Part shown: in pieces, positions 39,820 through 51,800 of the stretch
How positions within the stretch are numbered: the first letter of the stretch is position 1
Layout: the number at the start of each line of letters is the position of its first letter
Made by a program: the position numbers and the translations under genes
From: Paraspadella gotoi
Lineage: Eukaryota > Animalia > Chaetognatha
Assembly: GCA_051294375.1 (NCBI GenBank)
Contig: CM119263.1
Coordinates: forward strand, 12,067,130-12,131,129
DNA: 64,000 nucleotides
Direction: 5' to 3'
Notes under the pieces: model-generated
Seen by the model: only the letters and a program-made list of their open reading frames with translations
Told to the model about the DNA's origin: nothing
The model's database searches: none

Positions 39820-42800
39820 GTATAAACATAATAACAACAATGACTCTTTCTTTTTCTTACTCAATATCCCTCTTTATTTTTCTATCTTTCTCTCTCTCAA
39901 TCTATTTCTCATTTTCCTTTTTGATCTCTCATTTTTAACTTACCTTTTTTCAAGCTCCTTACTTTTTATACTTTTACCATTCCAATTCATCTCCTCTATC
40001 TTTAAACATTCGTGTGAGCTTTGTTTTATTCATAAAAGTATAAATATTAATTTAAATTTCAAAAAATTAAGTATTTTTTTAAAATTTCCAAAAAAATGAA
40101 CTGACCTATGCTCATTGAGAATTTTATTTCTACTCTAAAATAAAAGATATCAAAAAAAGAAAAAAATCAGATTGTAGCAAAATCAAATAGCTAAAAGCTG
40201 ATTTTTTTGAAAATTCAAAATTCGTTCTCTATTTCCAGATCTAAAATTCTCAATGCTCAAAATCTTTTTTAAGAAATAAAAATGTTTATGGTACAGAAGT
40301 ACAGTAGTCCGAACTGTTTTAAAATATACATAATATTACATATATTATTGCAATAACATGACTTAACTCAAAATGACTTCCTTATTCTTTGACTCAACAC
40401 AGGAGGAATACAGTAAAAAAAGAAAGTCAAATCTTGAAAAAGTGGAGAAAAAAATTCGTCATTTTAGTTTTCAAATTGATTGATCTAAAACTTTTATTTT
40501 CTAAATTCAAAAGTATGAAATAATGAATCAGAGAGTAAGATCTTTTTTTCAGCTATCATTTGGTGTATAATTATAATCATTTTTAATATTTTTTATCCAT
40601 ATAGTTTAACTGACATATCAAGGAGTACAAAATTTTGTCATAGATTTTCGCTACCACGAGTCTGCTTCTTACTGCCTTTTTACTAATTTTTCGTTTTTTG
40701 TAAATAAGTAAACGTTGAAGAGACAGTAATTATTGATAAGTGTTAATGACAAAACCGTTCAATATAAGCAGTCCCTGAGCTTCGGATCAGGCTATAACAC
40801 CATGTTACAGGCGGGTTAAGCGCCCCGTCCCTCTTAACTGCCAGACGACCACCGGGCTAGAACCCCGGACCTTTGGGTTGGGAGGCGAATGACTTGCCTC
40901 TGGCACCAATGGCCGCTGATGAACGCTTGGTGGATTTTAGTCCACCATACATCCCCCCTCCCGTAGGAAGAAGTCTGTTGCGTCTCTTCAGTGAATTGTT
41001 GTTGGTGGAAAGTTCGTCACCAAGTTGAGGCATGTCGCCTGATGTGTTCTGGGCAGAAAGTGCATTGCCAGGTTGAGGCATGTCGCCTGAAAGTGTTGTT
41101 GTTGCTGTTGTGTTAGGAAGTCGGGCTCACCAATGAAGAGACAGTAATTATTGATAAGTGTTAATGACAGAACCGTTCAATATAAGCAGTCCCTGAGCTT
41201 CAGATCAGGCTGTAAAACCATTTTACACGCGGGTTAAGCGCCCCGTCCCTCTTAACTGCCAGACGACCACCGGGTTAGAACCCTGGGAGGCGAATGACTA
41301 GCCTCCGGCACCAATGGCCGCTGATGAACGGTTGGTGGATTTTAGTCCACCATAACGTTATGGTAAAAGTAAAGGAAGTTTGGTAGAACCAAGCGCATGC
41401 AGTATTATTAATGTAAAGCTTTAAGTTTGGCTCACAGATTAAGAAATATGAAAAAAATTTGCCTGTCGAAAGTCAGGGGCAAGATAGCTTATTTTTTAAA
41501 TGAATGGATAATTTTTATATTGGTTGTACCAATTTCATGAAATAGTTTAAATGGTTAAATATTAGAGTGATGTGAAAATAATAAAATTATATAAAATTAA
41601 AATTTAGTATATAAAATATGGAAATAAAAACTAATATAAATTTATTTTTAAATTTTATACTTTAGTGGGTACCAGTGAGCTATATTTATATATAGTATTA
41701 AGTATATAATATTAATAGACTATAATTTCAAAAAAATGTAAATTTTTAAATTCTTTTATTAAGTTAGTAAAAAATATAAAAAACTATATTCAGGATACCG
41801 ATTTTCAATTTCCAGATTAAAAATATAGTTTTTTTTTAATGTTAACCTAATTAATGATATAATTTTTAAAAAAGATTTATATTTTCTTAAATCAACTTTT
41901 TGTAAGGAAACTGAATCTGTTCTCAGAATTTAAAAAAAAACATTTTAAAATTTTGACATTTTATAAGGGTAGCACTATATACAAAATAAGCTAACTGGGC
42001 TACTATATTAGTAAAAAAAAATTAATGTCAGATTAGTATTCACTAATATGATAGTTTTCAAGATATAATTTTTTTTTCTGAAAAAAAAACAGCAAACAAA
42101 TAATTGCGAGAATGGTTGCAAAAATATCTTATGTCAACAATAAACGTGAACAAAAAAGGAAAATAAAAAAGAAAAAGAGATCGGGAGACAAAGTCAAGCA
42201 ACTCCGTCCACATGAGACGGCAACTCAATCACGGGACTTCGGGAAGCGAGCAGGTCCCCGTTGTCGATATAAATGCTAAATTTTGATTTCAAACATTCAC
42301 TTCACCCTATTAAACATGTATTTTGCTTTTTCCATTTAAACTTATTTCCACTTATTTCCATCAAATCTTGATTTCCAACCCAATCACACACTTTTTAATT
42401 AACGTTCAAATCTGAGATGATATAAGTGTCTCACCGACAAGATAATGGGGGTGACCGAGAGACGGACAAACTTAACTAATGAGCCAGAATCTTCTTATTA
42501 GCAGATCCGGTTAAAAAACCTCTTCTTTCTTTCTTTCCTTACCCCCACAATGTGTCTCTTTCTGTCTTTTTTGATCAATCCATCAATCAATCAATAAATG
42601 GATTACCGCTGGCTAATATAATGGTTACTATCTAGGAAAAAGTATATCACATAATTTAGTTATTCAATAAAAAGTATACAAAACATGGATAAAAGATTCT
42701 TAATATTTGGTATGCCCTTTCTCGGCATTGACTACTATCTATATTCATCTGGGCATGCTCTTATACAGCAAATTGAGGTATGACCGTGAAATGTGTTTCC

Positions 42801-45800
42801 ATATCTTTAACGCAATTTTTTTCAGCCCCAATTTTAATGTTGAGCGTCTTTCCCTTTTTTATGAGAGCTATAATAGCATTTTTTTAAACCAAAAAAAGGT
42901 GCAAGACCTTTAGCATTGCCAAATTTAAAAAAAATTAAACTCTTTGAAATAAAAATAAATAATTAAATACTAAAAATAGTAGAAAATTAAACAAATTTTT
43001 TCACCATTTTTCATTAAAAGTAACCTGCCTGTAACTTCTAAACGATTTGACCTACAAAAAAATGGAAGGAAGCTTCTGAAAAAAAAATCAATATAAATTT
43101 GGAAATATTCTGATTTTTTTAAATCAAAAAAGTTTTCTAGTATATATCCTTTAATAAAAATGTGATATACTTTTTTTCTAGATAGTAGATTTAACCGTTA
43201 GGGTTAGACAGGCCCGCGGGCGATGGAGATGTCGTGGCACGTGAACTGAGAAAACTGAGGGAAAACTTAGGGATGTGGAAGACGATGCCGCGAGTAGTTC
43301 ACCGTGTTGGACATAAACTCTCGTTGTAATCCGTCGATTTTATTTACCTTTTGTAAAAGTGTTTGAAAACATAAACAATCGATATTTATTTGTTGCCCAC
43401 AAGTTCCCGAACTTCGGATCGAGCTGTAGTCCGTCACTACAGGTTGGATAGACGCCCCGGCGCGCTTTAATGTGTGAATCAGCAGGGCGCGAACCCGGTT
43501 GGGAGGAGCTCGTGCTAGCTCCGGCGCCATAGGTGCTTCTGATTCTCGGACGAGTAACTGGGTATGAAATACTACCGCTACAGGGATAGGGTTTGGATCG
43601 GGGCCTGGTTTAGAATTAGAGTTGAGTTGAATTTCCAGCTGGCGATGGAATGGAGTAGGTTTAGGGTTAAGGACGCGAAGCCGAGTCGCCGAAAATTCCA
43701 ATGGACTTGCAAAACAGACCGGGATAAAAACAAAATTAAAAATATAAATGAAAGAAAGAAAAATAGGAATCTAAATCTAATAATACCACTCCTATAGTTC
43801 GATAGAGACTTGATTTTCTCTTAATATTGTAATTATAGAACGGAGCCAAGAAGCGATCATGTGCGTTTCAAGTTATAAAAGCAAAGGATGTTTCTGCTTC
43901 TATTTTAAAAAACCCAGTGCATATCGGGTAAGAATAAAAATTAAAGTTATTAATGTTTCAGTTGAAAAAGTACCCACTGACGGAGGTATAAATGGGAACA
44001 TCATTAAACAAATTTGCCAATTATTTCAAAAGTCTTGCCAAGCAAAGTCTTTCATGCCCTCATTCACTCATTCACAAGGTATCAGCCAAAGGTTGAACTG
44101 ACTTCAAGCATATATGTAATAAAAGTAATATATATGAAAATCAATATTATTGAAATAATTCAGCGTATTATATTATTATCATTTTAAATTTTTTTATTAT
44201 TTTTTATAAGTATACCTAATTTTATTAGTATAATTATTTTTTGATAATTTGCAAAATTACATATTTCACTATTTTCTATTTTTATATTTTTTAAAGGCTT
44301 TACTATTTAATCTAAATTATTTAATTACATATAAATTGCATTTAAAAAAATTAATATAATTGAAAAAATTAAATAGGTCATAATATTATTACTTTTAAAA
44401 GATTGTATGAAATTTAAATATTTATAATCCTTAAAAGCTTAATTTAAAATCTAATCTAGTTTTAAAAAAATTTAATTTATTATTTATAAAGAAAATTATT
44501 TAAAAATAAATAAATTATTTATGTTTAATGAAAATTTGCAAATTATTATTATTATATGTACAGAAAGGAAATTGATTTTTATAATAAAAATAAACTTATT
44601 TTTTGGGTGTATTTCTATTTAATATAATATTTAATATTTTTTTCTTTCGGTCTTTTAAAATTTATGAAAGATTTTAGTGACCGAGAGGAAATAGCGTCGC
44701 CATGCCTCTCTGTCTCTGCCCCTCAGTCCAGACTTAGTGAGCTCAGTGGGTCTGTGAGATTTTACCGTCAATTGCCTTGCTTTCCGGAACTTCGGACCCG
44801 GCGATAGGCTACTACAATATCATAAAAGAAAAATATAAGAAAAGAAAAAAAAATAGCAAAATAAAAAAGAAAAGTTAATTACAAAATTAAGGTTATATTT
44901 AAAAAAAAATGAAAATAATCAATGACGGTGATAGCCGCGCAGAAGTCTTGATCAATACTATGGGAACTAAGAACAGGATGTAGTCGGGCATTGCCTAGGT
45001 TCACCCCGCCTATAAGTAGCGGTAGCCGACCAAATTCAAATTTTATTTTTTAATGGGAACAGTATTAAACGAATCCATTATTGGTATTAGTTATTGTGTT
45101 AAAATATTTTTTTTGAAAAAATGTTCCGAACCATTCGCTAATTAAAATTATTATTTTGCTATATAATGTAATTTTTTTTTTTATATTTTAAGTTTTTTTT
45201 AATTGATTCTGATAGAGCTGAAAAAGTTGAGCAAAAAATTACTGAAAATTAGCAAAATCTATTAAAATTGTCGGATGAGGATGAGTTTTTCCTAATTTTG
45301 ACCCACTTATCAAAATATTGAAAGAATAATTATACTTTGTGTAGACAACTTTTATAAGCTATATGAATCTGCTTTTAAAAATACAAAATAAAAAAAAAAT
45401 TTGACATTTCCTATTTATAAATAAATATTAAAAAATTAGCCATTTTAAAAAATTTTGGTCCATTGTCAATGGACCAAAATTGAAAGTTTTCTCAGAAATG
45501 TATGAATTTTCATTTGGGAAGGTTCCCAAATCAAACTTCTGACCCACCCCATTGACAAAGATTGGCTCTACTATAAGCATGACACTTTCAGTTGTGACCC
45601 TGTGGCTCATTGAGTAAAGCCATCAGTTCATGACCACTAGGTACCGGGTTCAATCCCAACCCAGTACCTACCCTGTGGGAAGCGTGAGGACAGCCGTAAG
45701 CTGCCTTGGGGGCATGACAATCCCTCAAGCATGGTTCCAAGCCCAGGGATCCGTTCCATGGCTGCTAGAGAGGGTTATAGAAGTTACGGACAGTCATCTT

Positions 45801-48800
45801 TAGCCCACGTAACGCCTTATCCACAAGGCTAAGTGTATTTATAGCTTAGAAGAGGATCGACACGGGTAGATTTTCCATCGAGCTTGCAGTGTTGCAATCG
45901 CATTAGTCGATTCCATCCTTGAGTCATTCGCCCGATCCTCTGATCCGTTTTCAATTCTCGAAGGGTTAAAGGTCTTTTGATGATGACTAAGGTCATCTTA
46001 ATGACTGTGGTCAATTAGAGTTAATAGGAGTCACCCGAGAAGGAAGGTGGCCTGTGGTAAGTCGCCTCTTAAGTTTAATAATCCGCTGTTATTGTTTTTC
46101 AGTGAATTTTTTTATGACTCTATATTTTGGGGAGGAACAACTTTTTCGATAGATCAAGCGATTAATTACTATGGCAATACTAAAGCGTTTTATTTTGCTG
46201 ATCGGCTCACTATTCAGGATGTTGCCGATGAAGAAAGCGGCTATGATGCCGTTTGCAAGGTAGATTTAAAACAAATTAAATAAAAAAAAAAGTTTGAGCA
46301 AACAATGTCAGGAACCCTCATGATACTCCTAATATTACTATTTTGCTTTAAGAGGAAGGTTTGTTCACCGTAACCATGCGTGAACTTAAATGTGATACAG
46401 CTCTGACATCAAGAAAGACATCGTAGCTACGAGTTAATGAAATTCGTTGTTCAAAAGAAAAACAAACTATTCTCCTTTAATGATAATTCTTATAAAATAT
46501 TTATAATTCTTTTGTCATTTTAATAGAATTATAAGTTTTGAATCAAAACCCTGTAGGAAAAGTCGCTTTTAAAGCAAAATTTATTTGTAATTTACAAAGT
46601 AATTACATTTTAAACATAGGGAAAAGTTTTTAGATGGTTTTGCTCTTTTTAAGGAAAAGTCGATTTACAGTTAAATTCTCTTATGGTGGACTAAAATTCA
46701 CCAAAGTTCATTAGCGGCCGTTGGTGTACGAGGCAAGTCATTTGCTTCCCAACCCAAAGGTCAAGGGTTTTATCCCGTATAGAGGGACGCGCCGCTTAAC
46801 TCGCCTGTAATACGGTGGGCCTTGTTTGCCCAGAACGCCCTATTTTATCTTAAAATCGGAATTAACTTAATTTATTTTGGCTAAAGATTAGGTTAGAAGT
46901 TAAGATTAGGGATTGTTTTATAAGTTTAAAAATTTATTTAAATTAAATATTATAGTTAAAATTTAATTCTGGGAAAAACAAACGGAAAGGGGCACTCTCT
47001 CCAAATGAATAGTTTTGGGTAATTACTTGTTTAGAAGCGCTTTCAATGTTTACTTAATTCGGGTAAAATACTATAACTTTGTTCTTAACTGAAAAAAATC
47101 AATTAAGGTTTATAAATCAGTGGGAAAAAAATCCTTTCTCGGTTACCCTATTGTGAGACATTGCTGCAAAATTGAAATGGTAGACTATTACGCCTGGAAG
47201 CCCCCCGGAATCGGACGTCAACTCTTCTTTTTCTTCATCCAGGTAAATTTGATTCAAAAAAAATTTACATACTTTTTACTTACTTTTTACACAATTTTTA
47301 ATAAAAGGAAAAATACTGTAAAAGTAGTATTATATCTTTAATTTTTAGCCAACCAAATTCAAAATTTAATGGGAACAGCAATAAACAAATAGGTTATCAA
47401 TACTCCTGATAGTGTTAAAATATTTTTTTGAAAAAATGATCCAAATCAATACTAATTCCCTCTTCAAAATTATTATAATCTGGTGTGCCCATCGAGTTAA
47501 AGCTTTCCTTAACATTGCCCAAGAGGGTCATTAGATTCATGGATTATCTCAATGTTCGAGCCCTTAGTTTGTCATTTAGAAAGTGAAATGGGCCAAGTAA
47601 TCCGCCGGTAGTCTGGATTCTGGACGCCATGACTACTCTGTCTCAACATGAGGTAACACACAGTTAAAGCTTTGAGATTGCCTTGTAGAAAGTGAGATGG
47701 ACTGGGTAACCCGCCAGTAGGCAAGGGCCTGCCTCCAGATCCAAAACTCTTGACTCCATAAACACATATACTGTGTATAATGTAAATTGTATATGTATAT
47801 ATAAATTAGGTCACGTGATCAGAATTTTAATGCGGCATAGTTCGTGTAATGCTTGCTTATTTTTGTTGATTTTTAGTTGCGCCGCAAGTCCTCGCGCAGC
47901 AACTCTATAACCCACTTTTCAGTCGGTATGTCTGTCTGTCGATCTGTCCCACTTACGTTAAAAATGCTCATAACTCGCCTGTTCATTTGTTAAGTGACTG
48001 CTAGCGCCGCCATCAGGAAATCCTAAAACAGAATAAAAGACAAAATTCCGATGCAGTGCGTGTCATAAATACATTGCAGCCATATCATGTCGTGTTATGT
48101 AAATAAATAAATAAATAATAAAAAATAAAATAAAATAATAAAATAATAAATAGATACACATGAAAATAAAGTCACTGTGGCGCAACACATTGGATGAACC
48201 GATCTTGTTAAAAGATAAGTGATAAACCATAAGATTATTTTTGGGCATGTATTTTATATTTGTTTTGCCAAATAACCACCAAAGAATGCTTTCTCGATAG
48301 AAAGTCAGTGTAGCGCAACACCTTGAACTTCGGTTTTTTAAAAAAATTGGCCCTACACTTATTAGGATGCCAGGTCCATTAGAATCAAAAATTTACAGTG
48401 AGTACATGCTCGAACGAAAATTTAGACATTTTTAAGTTTACTTTCAATGGACAAAAAAAATCTCTTATGGCTCTATACCCTAGTAATTAATTTTTTAATA
48501 TATATTTATAGATAGGAAATGCCTAAAATTTTTGTGAAAAATTTTAAATTTTAAGACCAGATTCAAATAGCTCGTAAAAAGTTGTTTACACAAAGTATAA
48601 ATCTTTTTTAAATATTTTTATGATAAGTAGGTCAAAAATAAGAAAAACCGTAAACAGTTGTCATCATCATCTTTCGATGATTTAATTGGTTTTTTTAGAT
48701 TTTTATTCAGAAAACGTAAGAATTTTTAAAAGCTGTAGTTATATTTCTTTTTTTAACTTTTTTTGCTCAATCAGAATTAGGGACCAACTCCAGAGATAAT

Positions 48801-51800
48801 ATAAAATTTTGACTATTAGTAAAGTATTTTTAGTTATCTTGACTAAATATTTAAGATTTCTTTTTCAAAAAAAAATTTACATTATATGTCTTGATTAATA
48901 CATTAAATATTACTTGTCTTTTTTTATATTATAAATTTTTTTTTTTAAATCTTAAAATTTTTTGATAGACTCTGATAGAGCATAAAAAGGTAAACAAGAA
49001 ATATAATTACAGCTTTTAAAAATTCTTATCATCTTTCGATGATAAAATAATCGAAAGATGATGATGATGAAGATTTTTACAGTTTTTTATTTTTGACTCA
49101 CTTATAATGAAAATATTGAAAAAAGATTTATACTTTGTGTTGACAACTTTTTATGAGCTATCTGAATCTTGTCTTAAAAATTAAAAATTATCAAAAAATT
49201 TTTGCCTTTCCTATTTATTAATTAATATTAAAAAAATAATTATTTGGGTATAGAGCCAGATAAGAAATGTTTTGTCCATTGAAAGTATACTTCAAAATGT
49301 ATAAATTTTCGTTTGAGCATGTAATCATTCTAAATTTTTGACTCACCTCATTGAGTGGGGCTACCCCTATCAGAATCTATCAAACAATTTTAGGATTTCA
49401 AAAAAATTTTTCTTATAATTAGGCTCGTACCATCAGAAAAAAGCATTTTTAAAAAAAAATATTTTAATACTATAATCTATGCTCATGATGGATTATTTTC
49501 ACGCTGTATACATTAGCATTTAAATTTCATCGGCTATGGCTACCATTAGTAATTAAGTAATCTTTTCAGAAGTAAACAGATTCCTCAATTTTTTTATTTC
49601 GAAATCGAAAACGAAAGTTTTGAATAGAACGACTTTTAATAACAATAGTTATCGAAAAAAGAGAAAAATACACAATTTCTAAATCATATTAAGCAAAATA
49701 TTTTATCAGGAACAAAAGTATATTTAAACTACACCAGATATTATTTATATGATTTTTCTGTAAACTTGAAGTTGCTGATTACCATGGCTTGTCTTCTCAT
49801 TCCTTAGATGATGATTTACACTAACATTCTTCTCATTATCGAGTGGTCGATGTTATGTTGCAATCGAGGAAGAACCCGTGTCAAAAAAATAATTATCAGC
49901 GATGAGGACGACGACGACGTGACGGCGGAAAATTTGCTCGTCAACAAATATATCACGGATCAACGCCTCCTTGAAGGCGGAGCGACAGATCCTCATTTGG
50001 GGATGACGCTTCTCCGGGAAGGCCGACCCGCTCTCGTTATTTCCCATGATGACCTTATTGTTCACAACCTGGGCAAGTCGTTTGGGAACTTTAAAGCTGT
50101 CGACGGAATTTCTTTCGTTGTTCCCAAGGTTTTTAGAAGGGTCTTTGTACAATGTACAGTTTAGCGCTGTAAAATTTTTTAAAATCAAATAAAAAACTTC
50201 GAATAGTGGATCATGAAAAGTAGGTGGCCTGTTCAGTGTCCCCACCAGTGTGGATAGATAGCACTCTTCAGCTTACTAAGCACTTCATACTGGGCTGAAA
50301 ACCACCCTTAAGCCTTGTTCCAAACCAAGGACCCATTCCATGGCTGCCAGAGGGGGTGAAAAACGTTATGAAGAGCATTCTTCAGCCCACTTAGCGCCTT
50401 ATACACACTGGGCTAAACTTCTTTTTCTACCACTATTTTTAACCCCCTCTAGCAGACATGGAACGGGTCCTGGGCTTGGAACCAGGCTTAAGAGTTTTCC
50501 TCACCAACGAGGCAGTTTACGGTCGTTGTCACGCTTCCCGCAGAATAGGTACTACTGGGAATTGATCCATATACCTCATGGTCATGAGTTGATGGTATTA
50601 TTCAATTAGCCACTGGGTCACGACTGAATGAATCATGCTCATAGACGGGGTGAACTTATGCAATGCCCGACGATAAAACTTGTTATAAAACAATTATTGC
50701 GTAAACCTGCTATTGTCAGGGTCAACTTTTTGGTCTTCTTGGATTAAACGGAGCCGGGAAATCTACAACCTTCAAGATGTTAAGTGGAGAAATAGGAATC
50801 ACTCACGGTTTGTATTGATTATTAACCGCAATATACTTAGATTTGCGAATACTTATGAAAGAGCTATTATACGTATGCAAAAACAAGTTGCTGCGCGAAT
50901 AAATGTAAATCGCTTTCAAGGGTTTAAACTGAACCATTATTGCGGTACAAATTGAAGAGACAGTAATTATTATTATGTGTTAGTGATAAATTAATTTATT
51001 AATTAAATTATATTATTTTAGTTTATATAGTTTGTATTAATTATAATACCGCTAATGATCTGTGGGCAGATCCAACATGTTTTGCTCAAACTTAGTTCAG
51101 ATTACGTATCACTGATCTTACTATACCGCCCACTTCCGGCCAATTTTGTTATTGAAACCACATTCATAAATGCATTATCCTCGATAAAATCACACCTTTC
51201 TTCATTTAAAGATGAGACGAGAATGAAGGAAAGAAAGGAGAGGTAATTAAAAGAAGAAAGAAAACTAAAATATAAAAAAAATACGAGAAACCGAGACAAC
51301 ATCAAAAAGCAAATATAAAATTTTAGCAGAATTTTTTTAGGATGTTCTCGCTATATATCTGATATAATTAGGTAAATTTTACATACATCTTATGATTTTT
51401 TCAGGCCATAAAATACTACTAATTCTAATATAACCTTACAAAATTGAGTTGAAAATTCGCGTTATTGCAGTTTTTAGAATAGGTTTAAAAAATAGGTGTT
51501 TTTTGACCATTTTTAGGGCTTTTTGAGGTCCTGTATTTCTTTCATGGGTTATCACAAATTTAAAAAATTTATATTAGTATCAGTAATTATATTCACCAAT
51601 AAGATTTTGCATAAATTTTTTTTAAAAAAATATTATTTATCAAAAAATCATATTTTGTTAGTTAATATATTAAAAATCACTATTTAGTTTAGTATAAAAA
51701 ATTATAATTTGATTACGAAGGATAAGAATTGCCTATCATCAACTAATATTTTCTATAATAAAAAGTTAACTAATAAATAAAAAAATAAATAATAGCTAAT

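Larger units (their letters stand above)
44979..45825 (+). mobile_element. Family B solo LTR interrupted by a hAT-like MITE
   Basis: TGTAG..CCACA termini, TSD AGGA/AGGC; A-box TGGCTCATTGAG and B-box GGTTCAATCC; MITE at 45017-45570. Confidence 0.8.

Noticed and set aside
40857-41081. ORF within the TRIM (also 53573-54010)
   Set aside because: No gag/pol motifs and the frame is not conserved between copies; the element is non-coding.
43198-43208. TTAGGG telomeric repeat
   Set aside because: Fewer than two full units; no array.
43859-44101. ORF as the missing ABCA exon
   Set aside because: Its splice sites give phase 1 to 1, not the required 0 to 2, and it has no recognisable motif.
49853-50245. 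130-aa antisense ORF
   Set aside because: Shadow of the GC-richer ABCA exon on the opposite strand.
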